Below, piece by piece: positions 1 to 9,811 of a DNA stretch of 64,000 nt. The DNA comes from Oscillospiraceae bacterium (lineage in GTDB: Bacteria; Bacillota; Clostridia; Oscillospirales; UBA644). Made by a program: the position numbers and the translations under genes. The notes under the pieces are model-generated. The model had not been told where the DNA came from. It made no database searches and saw only the letters and a list, made by a program, of their open reading frames with translations. The stretch is taken from positions 16,367-80,366 of the forward strand of contig CACZQB010000055.1 of assembly GCA_902783255.1 (NCBI GenBank). The letters run 5' to 3'. How positions within the stretch are numbered: the first letter of the stretch is position 1; the number at the start of each line of letters is the position of its first letter.

Positions 1-1
1 T

Positions 2-508
2 AATATTGATATGTATTTTAGCGTTACTGATGAATATAAAAAATGGCTTGTGCAAAACAAAAAAGAGGGATCTGCTTACAAAATCATTGGCGATGTAGTC
101 ATGGGACGCTTGGCGTCCGCATGCTGGTTTACAAACATTGAACATGGAAAACGCCACGAATGGTTACAACTTGACACAATGGCGCATAACCTGAAATACA
201 ACAAGCAGTTAAAAAAGAAACTTGAAGAATACGGCTGTGAAACATACCCGAAATACGATAATTACGATGCGATAGAAGTGCCGTTTACGGAATGTATTCC
301 GTCAGATTACGACGGCGTAATGGGAGTTCCGATAACGTTTTTGGATAAGTATAATCCGGAGCAGTTTGAAGTATTAGGAGCGACAGAAAGTGAAGGAAAA
401 GGTTTTTCCAATGGCTTGTGGAACGGTGATATTTCACAGGCAATAGTGAATGAAAAAAGGGTTTATAAAAGGCTTTTTATCCGCAAGAAAGGAGAAAACG
501 CTCAATGA
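2..508 (+). CDS. EcoRI-family adenine-specific DNA methyltransferase, 5'-truncated by the window edge
   Basis: Frame is open from position 2. C-terminal signature WFTN...YPKYDNYDAIEV...IPSDYDGVMGVPITFLDKYNPEQF is typical of EcoRI_methylase-family proteins. Stop overlaps the next start (ATGA). Confidence 0.8.
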   Translation, partial: NIDMYFSVTDEYKKWLVQNKKEGSAYKIIGDVVMGRLASACWFTNIEHGKRHEWLQLDTMAHNLKYNKQLKKKLEEYGCETYPKYDNYDAIEVPFTECIPSDYDGVMGVPITFLDKYNPEQFEVLGATESEGKGFSNGLWNGDISQAIVNEKRVYKRLFIRKKGENAQ

Positions 509-1671
509 AAACAACGCTTCACACCGAATGGACGGTAGGCGATATATGCGAGGGTTTTATTTACGATAAAAACGAGCAGAAGGGGCTTTACGGTCTTTGC
601 GGAAAGCTGATAATTCAGCCCGAATATCAGAGAAACTATATATACGGCGACGGAAAGAAAGACGTTGCGGTAATTGAATCTCTGCTGAAAGGCTACCCTC
701 TCGGACTTATTTATTTTGTGCTGAATAAAGACGGCATGTATGAAGTGCTTGACGGTCAGCAGAGAATAACCTCTTTTGCAAGATTTGTGAATATGTCGTG
801 GCCGTTTGCGGTAAATTACAAAGGAAAGCCGCGTTATTTCAACAGCCTTGACGAAGATGACCGCAACAGGATAACACAAACAAAGCTGACAATATATGTT
901 TGCGAGGGCGAACCTTCCGAAATTCAGGAGTGGTTCGGCATAATAAATATAGCAGGCGTTCCTCTTGTGGCGCAGGAGCTTCGCAACGCGGCTTATCACG
1001 GACCGTTTGTGACGAATGCGCGCGCGGAATATTCCAACTCAAACAATTCCAAAATGAATATGTGGAAAACATATATCAAAGGCGACCCGAAAAGACAGGC
1101 GATTCTTGAACGTGCCCTTGACTGGGTAATCGGCGGTGAAATCGAAAACTATATGGCTCTTCACCGCAACGACAGCGAAATAACCGAACTGAAAAATCAT
1201 TTTGATACGGTAATCGACTGGATAGATTCGGTTTTCGATTATACAGGCAGCGAAATGTGCGGTCTTGAATGGGGCAGACTTTATGATGAATACCACAAAA
1301 CACCGTATTCGAAATCGGAAATAACAAAGCGTGTCGACGAACTTCTTGCGGATTATCAGGTAACAGATAAAAAAGGCATTTTTGAATATATTCTGGGCGG
1401 CGAAAAAGACAAATCACTTCTTAATATCCGTATTTTTGACGACAGAACGAAAAAATCGGTTTACGAAAAGCAGACCGCAAAAGCGAAAGCGGAAGGCGTT
1501 TCAAACTGTCCGTATTGCGCAATCGGGCATGACAACAACGCAAAACGAATTTACAAACCGAGCGAAATGGATGCAGACCATGTAACCGCATGGTCAAAAG
1601 GCGGGGCGACGGACGAAAGCAACTGTCAGATGCTGTGCAAAATGCACAACAAAGCCAAAGGCAACAGATAG
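505..1671 (+). CDS. DUF262 (GmrS/ParB-like) + C-terminal HNH endonuclease
   Basis: QPEYQRNY and VLDGQQRITS DUF262 motifs; C-terminal CPYC...ADHVTAWSKGGAT..SNCQMLCKMHN HNH motif. Confidence 0.85.
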   Translation: MKTTLHTEWTVGDICEGFIYDKNEQKGLYGLCGKLIIQPEYQRNYIYGDGKKDVAVIESLLKGYPLGLIYFVLNKDGMYEVLDGQQRITSFARFVNMSWPFAVNYKGKPRYFNSLDEDDRNRITQTKLTIYVCEGEPSEIQEWFGIINIAGVPLVAQELRNAAYHGPFVTNARAEYSNSNNSKMNMWKTYIKGDPKRQAILERALDWVIGGEIENYMALHRNDSEITELKNHFDTVIDWIDSVFDYTGSEMCGLEWGRLYDEYHKTPYSKSEITKRVDELLADYQVTDKKGIFEYILGGEKDKSLLNIRIFDDRTKKSVYEKQTAKAKAEGVSNCPYCAIGHDNNAKRIYKPSEMDADHVTAWSKGGATDESNCQMLCKMHNKAKGNR

Positions 1672-1706
1672 TCCCGAAGGGAGTCCGAAAAGGAGGGAGA
1701 CGCGCG

Positions 1707-2684
1707 GTGAAAAATAAGCATGCAACGATACCTGTGTTTGTGCCGCATTATGCGTGCCCTAACGACTGTGTGTTTTGCGATCAGAAGAAAATATCGGGCG
1801 CGCAGAGTCCGCCGAAGGATCTTGAAGAGTTTCTTTTTTCTGCGGCGGCGGGGCTTTCCGAAAAATTCACCGAAGCGGATATCGCGTTTTTCGGCGGCAG
1901 TTTTACCGGCATAGACGAGCCGCTTATGCGGTATTATCTTGCGGCGGCGAAAAAGACGAGGGAAAAATACCCGAGGATAACGGGGATACGGCTGTCAACG
2001 AGACCGGATTTCATATCGGAGCATATACTTGACGTGCTTGAAGAATACGGCGTTACGTCAATAGAGCTGGGTGCTCAGAGCATGGATGACGGCGTGCTTT
2101 CGCTTTCGGAAAGAGGGCATACCGCGGCGGACACGGCAAGGGCGGCAAAAATGATAAAAAGCCGCGGATTTTCGCTTGTTTTGCAGACGATGACGGGGCT
2201 TCCGGGCGACAGCGAAAAAAAGGATATCGAAACGGCAGAAAAAGTTGCGGCGCTCGGTCCCGACGCTGTGCGGATATACCCCTGCGTTGTGCTTTCGGGC
2301 ACGAAGCTCGAAAAAATGGCGAAAGAGGGAAAATACAAGCCGCAAACAGTCGAAGAGGCAGTAAAAATATGCGCCGGACTGATTGAGTTTTACGAAAAAA
2401 ACGGGATAGACGTTTTGCGTGTGGGGCTTCACTCATCAGACCTGACAAAAAACGGCAGCGTTGTCGGCGGCGCGTTTCATCCGGCGTTCGGCGAGCTGTG
2501 CGAAAGCGAGATAATATATCGCAGAATGCGTGAAAAGATCGTTAAAAACGGAATTTCGGGAGGCGTATTTGCGACAGCGGTCCCTAAAACGGATATTTCG
2601 AAAACGGTCGGTCAGAAAAGAGAAAACATCAGAAGGCTTGAAAAAGAGTTTGACATAAAAATCAGAATAGCATACAAAGAGTAA
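1707..2684 (+). CDS. Radical SAM protein (Elp3/YhcC-like, no acetyltransferase domain)
   Basis: CxxxCxxC (CPNDCVFC), FFGGSFT, STRPD and ELGAQS motifs. GTG at 1707 follows AGGAGG; the track start at 1590 overlaps the upstream gene. Confidence 0.8.
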   Translation: MKNKHATIPVFVPHYACPNDCVFCDQKKISGAQSPPKDLEEFLFSAAAGLSEKFTEADIAFFGGSFTGIDEPLMRYYLAAAKKTREKYPRITGIRLSTRPDFISEHILDVLEEYGVTSIELGAQSMDDGVLSLSERGHTAADTARAAKMIKSRGFSLVLQTMTGLPGDSEKKDIETAEKVAALGPDAVRIYPCVVLSGTKLEKMAKEGKYKPQTVEEAVKICAGLIEFYEKNGIDVLRVGLHSSDLTKNGSVVGGAFHPAFGELCESEIIYRRMREKIVKNGISGGVFATAVPKTDISKTVGQKRENIRRLEKEFDIKIRIAYKE

Positions 2685-2707
2685 AAGAAAGCGAGGATAA
2701 AGTTAAA

Positions 2708-3487
2708 ATGAAACCTATAGTTACAGCGCAGTGCTACACGATACATCCGCATATTCAGACGGATGAAGATTTTGTTGAGTCCATGAAAAAAATAAAGGAG
2801 ATCGGCTACAATGTTGTTCAGCTTTCGGGACACACGAAAGTTACGCCATCGGTAATAACGGAAACACTGAAGGAATACGACCTGAAATGCTGCGTAACGC
2901 ATTCTCCGTTTTCGAGACTGACGGATGATTTTGACGCGCTTGTAAAGGAGCATGAAGATTGGGGCTGCAGCGTAATAGGCGTAGGCGGCATGCCCGGCGA
3001 ATACCCGAAAACGGTTGAAGGATATACCGAGTTTGTGAAAAAGGCAAACGAAATAGGCGAAAAGCTTGCGGAACACGGAATGAAATTCGCGTATCACAAC
3101 CATTCCTTCGAGTTTGAGAGAATATCGGGCGCAACAAGAGGAATGGATATACTGCTTGAAGGATTCGGAGAAAACGTTGAGTTCATACCCGACTGCTTCT
3201 GGCTTCAGTATGCCGGAGTGAACGTATATTCGTGGCTTTTGCAGCTGAAGGGCAGAACGAGCGTAATTCATTATAAGGATTACAGAATAGTTCCCGGAAA
3301 AGGCAATCACGATTTTGCAGAGATAGGCAACGGAAATATGGATTACGGGCTTATAACGGAAATTGCGGAGAAGATCGGAGCAAAATATGCCGCGATAGAG
3401 CAGGATTCCTGTCCCGGAGACAGATTTGACAGTCTGAAGATCAGTTTTGACTACTGCACAAAAGTGCTCGGACTGCCCGTAAAATAA
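2708..3487 (+). CDS. Sugar phosphate isomerase/epimerase (xylose-isomerase-like TIM barrel)
   Basis: YHNHSFEF, D.FW, IHYKD, GNGNMDY and IEQD motifs of the IolE/AP-endonuclease-2 family. Confidence 0.8.
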   Translation: MKPIVTAQCYTIHPHIQTDEDFVESMKKIKEIGYNVVQLSGHTKVTPSVITETLKEYDLKCCVTHSPFSRLTDDFDALVKEHEDWGCSVIGVGGMPGEYPKTVEGYTEFVKKANEIGEKLAEHGMKFAYHNHSFEFERISGATRGMDILLEGFGENVEFIPDCFWLQYAGVNVYSWLLQLKGRTSVIHYKDYRIVPGKGNHDFAEIGNGNMDYGLITEIAEKIGAKYAAIEQDSCPGDRFDSLKISFDYCTKVLGLPVK

Positions 3488-3504
3488 AGAAAGCAGGTTA
3501 AAAG

Positions 3505-4302
3505 ATGTATAATTTTGTGATTTCAGCGTTCGGTGACGAGATAAGTCAGGATATAACCGAACAGATGAACGTTCTTGAAAAGAACGGAGTAAAATATATT
3601 GAGCTTCGCGGCATAAACGGAAAAAATATTTCCGACTGGTCCCCGAAGGAATTTGAGGAAATAATAAAACAGATGGAAGACCGCGGCTTCGGGGTATCGT
3701 CCCTCGGTTCTCCGATAGGCAAAATAGGCATAACGGACGATTTCGGCGGACATCTCGACAAATTCAAAAATACGCTCGATCTTGCGGCAGTGGCAAAAAC
3801 TAAATATATACGTATGTTCAGCTTTTTTATGCCGCAAACGGAATGTGAAAAATACCGTGACGCCGTTCTTGAGCGGTGGAATGCGTTTATAGACGCGGCA
3901 AAGGGATACGATGTTACTCTTCTGCACGAAAACGAGCACGGCATATACGGCGAAAGCGCCGCAAACTGCCTTGATCTGATCAGATCGCTGAATTCCGAAA
4001 AAGTAAAAGCGGTGTTCGATCCGGCAAATTTTGCGATCGACGGTCATGATACAATAAAGGCGTATGCGCTGCTCAAAGATTACGTTGAGTATATGCATAT
4101 AAAAGACGCCAAAACACAAGAGCACAGAGTTGTGCCATCGGGCGAGGGCGACGGAAACGTGCCGTATATCATAAATTCGCTCAAAGAGCGTGGATTCAGC
4201 GGATTTTTGTCTGTTGAGCCGCATCTTGCAACAAGCAATATAGCAGTAGGAGGCGCGGAGCTTTTTGAAATTGCTCTCAATGCGTTGAAAAAGCTGATAT
4301 AA
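3505..4302 (+). CDS. Sugar phosphate isomerase/epimerase (TIM barrel)
   Basis: SAFGDEI, SSLGSPIGK, HENE..IYGE, FDPANF, HIKDA and SVEPHL motifs. Confidence 0.8.
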   Translation: MYNFVISAFGDEISQDITEQMNVLEKNGVKYIELRGINGKNISDWSPKEFEEIIKQMEDRGFGVSSLGSPIGKIGITDDFGGHLDKFKNTLDLAAVAKTKYIRMFSFFMPQTECEKYRDAVLERWNAFIDAAKGYDVTLLHENEHGIYGESAANCLDLIRSLNSEKVKAVFDPANFAIDGHDTIKAYALLKDYVEYMHIKDAKTQEHRVVPSGEGDGNVPYIINSLKERGFSGFLSVEPHLATSNIAVGGAELFEIALNALKKLI

Positions 4303-4333
4303 TTATTATCCGAAAACGAAAGGAGACAATGTT

Positions 4334-4921
4334 ATGATGCTTGTAATCGTCGGACTGATATTCATTCTTTTCAGGTTCGACTATTCATTTTTCAGCTACA
4401 ATGTGGAGGCGAGCGTTGCTATAGACGTTTTGCCTGACTTCGTGGGTTATCTGCTCATATGGTTCGGGCTTGAAAAATCTGTAGACGTGAACAGATGGTT
4501 CAAAGAGGCGCACTCAGCCGCGACGGGAATGATGCTCATAACGTTTATAACGCTTGTTTCCTCGCTCAGTTTTCTTCTTGAGCCTCTGTTGGAAAGTCCC
4601 GACGGACAGATATTTGCGATACTGTTTTATATTATAAATTACCTTGTTCGCATCGGCGGCAGCATTCTTACCGCGCTCACAATGGTCTTTATGTTTATGC
4701 TCGCCTCTGCGATAGGGTATTCAATGCAGTCTCAGGAACGGATGCTTCTCTGCAGAGTGATGTATGTTTTCAGCATAGCATACAGCGTTCTTGCAGTGGT
4801 TTATATAGTAAATCAGTTTATAAATCTGCCTCTGCCGCTTGACTGGATAACGGCGGGCATAAATGTGATATTTATTCTGTTTTCGTATATTTCGATGAAT
4901 AAAATAAAGGAACTGGCGTAA
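4334..4921 (+). CDS. Hypothetical integral membrane protein (about 5-6 TM)
   Basis: AGGAG SD; several long hydrophobic segments; IDVLPDFVGY motif. Confidence 0.65.
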   Translation: MMLVIVGLIFILFRFDYSFFSYNVEASVAIDVLPDFVGYLLIWFGLEKSVDVNRWFKEAHSAATGMMLITFITLVSSLSFLLEPLLESPDGQIFAILFYIINYLVRIGGSILTALTMVFMFMLASAIGYSMQSQERMLLCRVMYVFSIAYSVLAVVYIVNQFINLPLPLDWITAGINVIFILFSYISMNKIKELA

Positions 4922-4985
4922 AACGCTGTTCTGAAGGTTACCATTATAATATATAAGCATAATTTCAAAATGGAGATGTGTTGTT

Positions 4986-6377
4986 TTGAATCTTGATTTT
5001 TCCGGCAAAATATATCTTTCGGGCATAGGCGGCTCCTCTATGAGCAGTCTCGCAAAAATACTGCTTTTGCGTGGCAAAGAAGTCTGCGGCTCGGATATGC
5101 AGTCTTCGGAGGCTACTGACGAGCTTGTAAAAAAAGGCGTAAAGGTGTATATCGGGCAGAAAGCGGAGAATATAGAGGCGGAAATGCCCGCCGCGATAGT
5201 GAAAACCGAAGCGGTTTCCGAAAACAATCCCGAGATCGTGGCAGCCGCAAGGCTCGGCATACCCGTATATCGCCGCGCAGAGCTTCTCGGCACGCTGCTT
5301 GACGGATACAAAAAAACGATAGGCGTTGCCGGCACTCACGGCAAAACGACCACAAGCTCTATGATAACATCCGTTTTTCTTGCGTCCGGGCTTGATTTTT
5401 CAGCAATTTTAGGCGGACATATGAAGCAGCTCGGCGACGGATACACCATAGGCAAAACCGATTCGGTATGCGTGTTTGAAAGCTGCGAATATAAAGAGTC
5501 GTATCTGTTTTTCAAAAGCGACATATCCGTTATTCTCAATATCGCGCCCGATCATATGGAATATTTCAAAACGGAAGAAAACCTTATAAATTCTTTCAGA
5601 AGGTATCTGCAAAACACAAAACCGGGCGGATATGTTGTGTATAATGCGGAGGACAGGGCATCTCTTGAAATGATAGAGGGCTATGAGGGCAAAAAAGCGT
5701 CTTTCGGCATTGAAAAGGGAAGATTTCACGCAAAAAACGTTACTCTTGAGAAGGGACGCGGGGTTTTTGATCTATATGACGGCGATACGCTGCTCGGAAA
5801 CGTCCGTCTTTCGATCCCCGGATTTCACAACGTGAAAAACGCCGTTGCCGCGGCTGCGGCATGCACTCTTTACGGTATCGATGCAAAAACAGTCGTTCGC
5901 GGCCTTTGTGATTATGCCGGAGACGAGCGGCGGTTTGAATATCACTGCGTTGTCAACGGCGCGGTAATAGCCGATGATTACGGACATCATCCCGACGCTT
6001 ACAAGGTAACTTTCGATACCGCGAGAGCAGTCGGTTTCAAACGGATAATAGCGATCCATCAGCCGCATACTTTTTCAAGAACGAAACTGCTTATGAAAGA
6101 GTTCGCGGAAGTTCTGTCAACGGTCGATCACGTGATCGTAGCCCCCATATACGCCGCAAGAGAAACGAACGATATGTATAACGTATACGCTCAGGACCTC
6201 GTAGCGCTTCTGCCAAACGCGGAATACTGCGAAACGTTTGAGGATATTGCGAAAAGAGTGTTTGAAACGGCGAGAGAAGGAGATATTTTCATCACTCTCG
6301 GCTGCGGTGACATATACAAAGCGGCAAAACTCATCACAAAGCTTAACGCCGAAAGAAACGGAAACGGAAAGGCGTAA
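4986..6377 (+). CDS. murC: UDP-N-acetylmuramate--L-alanine ligase
   Basis: GIGGSSMS, GTHGKTTTS, DHMEYF, RRFE, DDYGHHP and QPHTFSRT motifs; TTG start after GGAG. Confidence 0.93.
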   Translation: MNLDFSGKIYLSGIGGSSMSSLAKILLLRGKEVCGSDMQSSEATDELVKKGVKVYIGQKAENIEAEMPAAIVKTEAVSENNPEIVAAARLGIPVYRRAELLGTLLDGYKKTIGVAGTHGKTTTSSMITSVFLASGLDFSAILGGHMKQLGDGYTIGKTDSVCVFESCEYKESYLFFKSDISVILNIAPDHMEYFKTEENLINSFRRYLQNTKPGGYVVYNAEDRASLEMIEGYEGKKASFGIEKGRFHAKNVTLEKGRGVFDLYDGDTLLGNVRLSIPGFHNVKNAVAAAAACTLYGIDAKTVVRGLCDYAGDERRFEYHCVVNGAVIADDYGHHPDAYKVTFDTARAVGFKRIIAIHQPHTFSRTKLLMKEFAEVLSTVDHVIVAPIYAARETNDMYNVYAQDLVALLPNAEYCETFEDIAKRVFETAREGDIFITLGCGDIYKAAKLITKLNAERNGNGKA

Positions 6378-6741
6378 AACAAATCCCGTTTTACATTCCT
6401 GCTGCCGTTTTTAATGCGGCAGAAAGACGGTATTATATCACTCTCTCTGCAAATGTTGCAAAAAGATGCGTTTTTGGTGTCTTTAAAATGACGAAAATGC
6501 AAATTAAAAACGAAACTTTGTTCCGTCAATAAATTTTGTGCAAATTGAACAAAACAAAAACTTCAAAAAATAGTGCTTGACACAAAATAAAGAAAAAATA
6601 TCAAAAAACAGCAAAATTATTCAACATATTGTGTTTTTTCTTTGTTTCGATACAAATGTGACAAATTTATGATGGGTAAAATTTACTAAAAATGTGATAT
6701 CCAATCAATCAAAATAGGGCATATTGCACAAATAAATAAGG

Positions 6742-6780
6742 AAATCCCGTTTTAACCATTATAAAAAACGGGATTTTTTT
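6742..6780 (+). terminator. Terminator-like hairpin just upstream of the ABC-operon promoter
   Basis: AAATCCCGTTTT / AAAACGGGATTT inverted repeat followed by a T tract. Confidence 0.55.
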
Positions 6781-6782
6781 TA

Positions 6783-6811
6783 TTGACAAGAAAAAAGAAA
6801 AATATTATAAT
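6783..6811 (+). promoter_or_regulatory. SigmaA promoter of the eight-gene ABC operon
   Basis: Perfect TTGACA-17 bp-TATAAT. Confidence 0.8.
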
Positions 6812-6884
6812 ATACAGACAAAAAGCTGTAAAAGCAGCCGTACGGGCGGTTTTACAAGCAACAGATTAAGGAAGGTGTTTTGCA

Positions 6885-9791
6885 GTGCGCATTCGCAAGC
6901 TGAAAGCTTTGGCGATACTGCTCGCGGCGGTAATATCGGTTCAGCTGATACCGGTAATTTCGTTTGCGAGATCGGATGTCGTTGAAGAGACCGGTGTTTC
7001 GGTATTTGTGCCTGTATACAAGAGCGGTTCTTACGGTGAATACCTTCAGAACTACATGAAAACGGCGATTGCCGATAATCCCGTTGAGATAGACGTAACA
7101 ACGTTTACCGACGAGGTCGGCGATGCCGAAGTCCGCACGGTCGAAGGACGCAGCAACGTTGCTGTCACGACCGAGCTGAGCACGATAACGTATACGGTAA
7201 CGGTCGATAAAACCGGTATGTATTCCATCGGTGTCGATTATTATCCGATAGAGGGCAAGGGCGCCGCTATCGAAAGAGGTATCCTCATCGACGGTCAATA
7301 CTTATTTACGGAGGCACGTTCTGCTTCTCTTGACAGAATATATGCCGACGATGTCGCAGACAGATCCGATCTCGAAAACTATTTTGTTCATGACGAGTCG
7401 GGCAACCAGCTGCGCCCCGTTCAGGTAGAAGCTCCCAAATGGGTAGACGGCGCGTTTTTCAAGGACTCTTCGGGTTCTTATGACGGCGCTCTTCAGTTCT
7501 ACCTCGAAAAAGGAGAGCATACAATAACGTTTGACTCGGTCCGTGAGCCCCTGGCTGTTTCGGGACTCAGACTTTACGGCGCGTCAAGCTATCAGGATTA
7601 TAACGATGCAATGGCGAAATACGCATATCTCGACCAGAGCGGTAAAGAGCTTATCGCAAAAGTCGAGTGCGAATATCCGTCCGCAAAATCCGAAGCAACG
7701 CTTTTTGCCGGCACAGACAGAGCCTCGCCGTCCACATCTCCGGCAAGCTCCGGCACGATAAAAATGAATATCCTCGGCAGTACGAACGGTACGTCCACAT
7801 GGAAAACTTCAGGTCAGTGGGTCGAATATACCGTTGATATTCCCGAAGAGGGTATGTATAAGCTCGCTATCCGCGCTCGTCAGAACGCATCGAGCGGTAC
7901 TTTCTCATCAAGAGAAATAACCGTAAACGGCGAAAGCGCATACGAGCAGGCATCCGCAGTCCGCGTAGGTTACGCATCGGGCTGGCAGATGGTGCAGCCG
8001 AAGGACGAATACAACAACGATCTTCTTTTCCATTTCAATAAAGGCGAAAACACTATACGCCTCAAAGCCGTTCTGGGCGATATGGCGGATATCATCAACG
8101 CGGTCGAAGCCGTTGTTCTTAAACTCAACGCGGACTACCGCCGCATAATCATGATAACCGGTCAGTCTCCCGACCAGTACAGAGACTACGATTTCGAAGA
8201 CGAGATCCCCGAAACGATCTCTGACCTCAAGGCTCAGGCAGACATACTCAAAAAGATACACGATGAACTCGTGCATATCCTCGGTGAACGCGGCGAACAG
8301 ACAGCAACGCTCGAAACCGTATTCATGCAGCTTTACGCGATGTTCGAAAAACCCGATACGATCCCCAAGGAATTCTCGGGATTCAAAAACAACATAGGCA
8401 ACCTCGGTTCATGGCTTCTCTCCGCCCGCGAGCAGCCGCTCGAAGTTGACTACATACTTGTTTCAGAGAACAACTACAAGGTCCCCGACGCCGAATCCAA
8501 TATATTTGTAGGTTTCGCGCATCAGGTATCGATGTTCTTCTCGTCATTCTTTACGGATGTCAACGCCATTTCTACCACAAGCTCCGGTTCTTTTGACCGT
8601 AATGTAACGGTATGGATGGCAGGCGTTACCTCCGCGCGTGACTATGCGCAGGTCGTCCGTCAGCTCGTTGACAGAAGCTTTATCCCCAACTACGGCATCA
8701 ACGTTGACCTCGAACTTGTTCCGTCCGGCGCTCTTCTTCCCTCAACGCTCGCAGGCAAAGGCCCCGACGTTGCAATGAACCAGGACGCCGAAACAGTTAT
8801 TAACTATGCGGCCCGTAACGCACTGCAGGAACTCAACATATTCGACGATTTCGACGAAGTAAAGAAGTCGTTCCTCCCCTCCGCCCTCGTACCCACAACG
8901 CTTGACTGGGGCGACGGCAGGTTATTGAATTACGGTCTTCCCGAAACGCAGGTATTCCTCGTTATGTTCTACCGTCAGGATATACTTGAAGAATGTAATC
9001 TCAAGCTTCCCGACACATGGGATGACGTATACGATCTTATAGCGGTCCTTCAGAAGAGATATATGGACTTTGCTCCGCCGGCATATGAAACGCTTCTTTA
9101 CCAGAACGGCGGAAAGCTTTACAACGACAACGGAAAAACAACTGCTCTCGATACGGAAGTCGCGATTGAAACGTTTATTCAGTGGACAGACCTCTACACG
9201 AGCTACAAGCTGCCGGTAGAATCTAACTTCGCAAACCGTTTCAGATTCGCTGAAATGCCGTTCGGTCTTCAGACTTACGATTTCTACAACCAGATATCGG
9301 TATTCGCGCCTGAGATCAAAGGTCTGTGGTCCTTCGCAAAAGTTCCCGGAACGAAGAAGGAAGACGGCACCGTTGACCGCTCCGTTGTCGCATCCGCCGT
9401 ATCGAGCGTAATCATGGCTGCCGCAAAAGACAAAGAGGCAAGCTGGGAATACCTCAAATGGTGGACCGGCGCGCAGGCTCAGATAGACTACGGCCGCGAG
9501 GTCGAATCTATTCTCGGTACCGCAGCCCGTTACACAACGGCAAACACCGAAGCGCTTCAGAGAATGCCGTGGAGATCGGACGAACTTGCCGTTCTTATGG
9601 ATCAGCGCAACTACGTTGTAGGTTATCCGCAGGTTCCCGGTTCATACGCTCTCACACGTAACCTCAACTTCGCGTTCCTTAATGTCGTAAACAATCACGC
9701 AGACCCGCGCGAAACGCTTCTTGACTACGTAAAGCCTATCAACGACGAACTTCGTTATAAACGCGAAGAGCTCGGATTCCCGGTTGATTGA
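6885..9791 (+). CDS. Giant extracellular solute-binding protein (N-terminal CBM-like beta domains + C-terminal sugar-binding SBP domain)
   Basis: Signal peptide without lipobox Cys. Two CBM6/35-like repeats (YTVTVDKTGMYSI; WVEYTVDIPEEGMYKL...FNKGENTIRL). C-terminal SBP motifs (GKGPDV, MFYRQDIL, PDTWDD, SWEYLKWW). Confidence 0.82.
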   Translation: MRIRKLKALAILLAAVISVQLIPVISFARSDVVEETGVSVFVPVYKSGSYGEYLQNYMKTAIADNPVEIDVTTFTDEVGDAEVRTVEGRSNVAVTTELSTITYTVTVDKTGMYSIGVDYYPIEGKGAAIERGILIDGQYLFTEARSASLDRIYADDVADRSDLENYFVHDESGNQLRPVQVEAPKWVDGAFFKDSSGSYDGALQFYLEKGEHTITFDSVREPLAVSGLRLYGASSYQDYNDAMAKYAYLDQSGKELIAKVECEYPSAKSEATLFAGTDRASPSTSPASSGTIKMNILGSTNGTSTWKTSGQWVEYTVDIPEEGMYKLAIRARQNASSGTFSSREITVNGESAYEQASAVRVGYASGWQMVQPKDEYNNDLLFHFNKGENTIRLKAVLGDMADIINAVEAVVLKLNADYRRIIMITGQSPDQYRDYDFEDEIPETISDLKAQADILKKIHDELVHILGERGEQTATLETVFMQLYAMFEKPDTIPKEFSGFKNNIGNLGSWLLSAREQPLEVDYILVSENNYKVPDAESNIFVGFAHQVSMFFSSFFTDVNAISTTSSGSFDRNVTVWMAGVTSARDYAQVVRQLVDRSFIPNYGINVDLELVPSGALLPSTLAGKGPDVAMNQDAETVINYAARNALQELNIFDDFDEVKKSFLPSALVPTTLDWGDGRLLNYGLPETQVFLVMFYRQDILEECNLKLPDTWDDVYDLIAVLQKRYMDFAPPAYETLLYQNGGKLYNDNGKTTALDTEVAIETFIQWTDLYTSYKLPVESNFANRFRFAEMPFGLQTYDFYNQISVFAPEIKGLWSFAKVPGTKKEDGTVDRSVVASAVSSVIMAAAKDKEASWEYLKWWTGAQAQIDYGREVESILGTAARYTTANTEALQRMPWRSDELAVLMDQRNYVVGYPQVPGSYALTRNLNFAFLNVVNNHADPRETLLDYVKPINDELRYKREELGFPVD

Positions 9792-9811
9792 TGAGGAAGG
9801 AGGAAATACAA

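Noticed and set aside
1590-1706. Upstream-extended starts in the ORF track (also 19578, 33002, 34941, 43302, 44422, 49538, 50346, 55950, 56039, 61429)
   Set aside because: They overlap neighbouring genes or promoters; downstream starts have better SD sequences or match the expected family N-termini.
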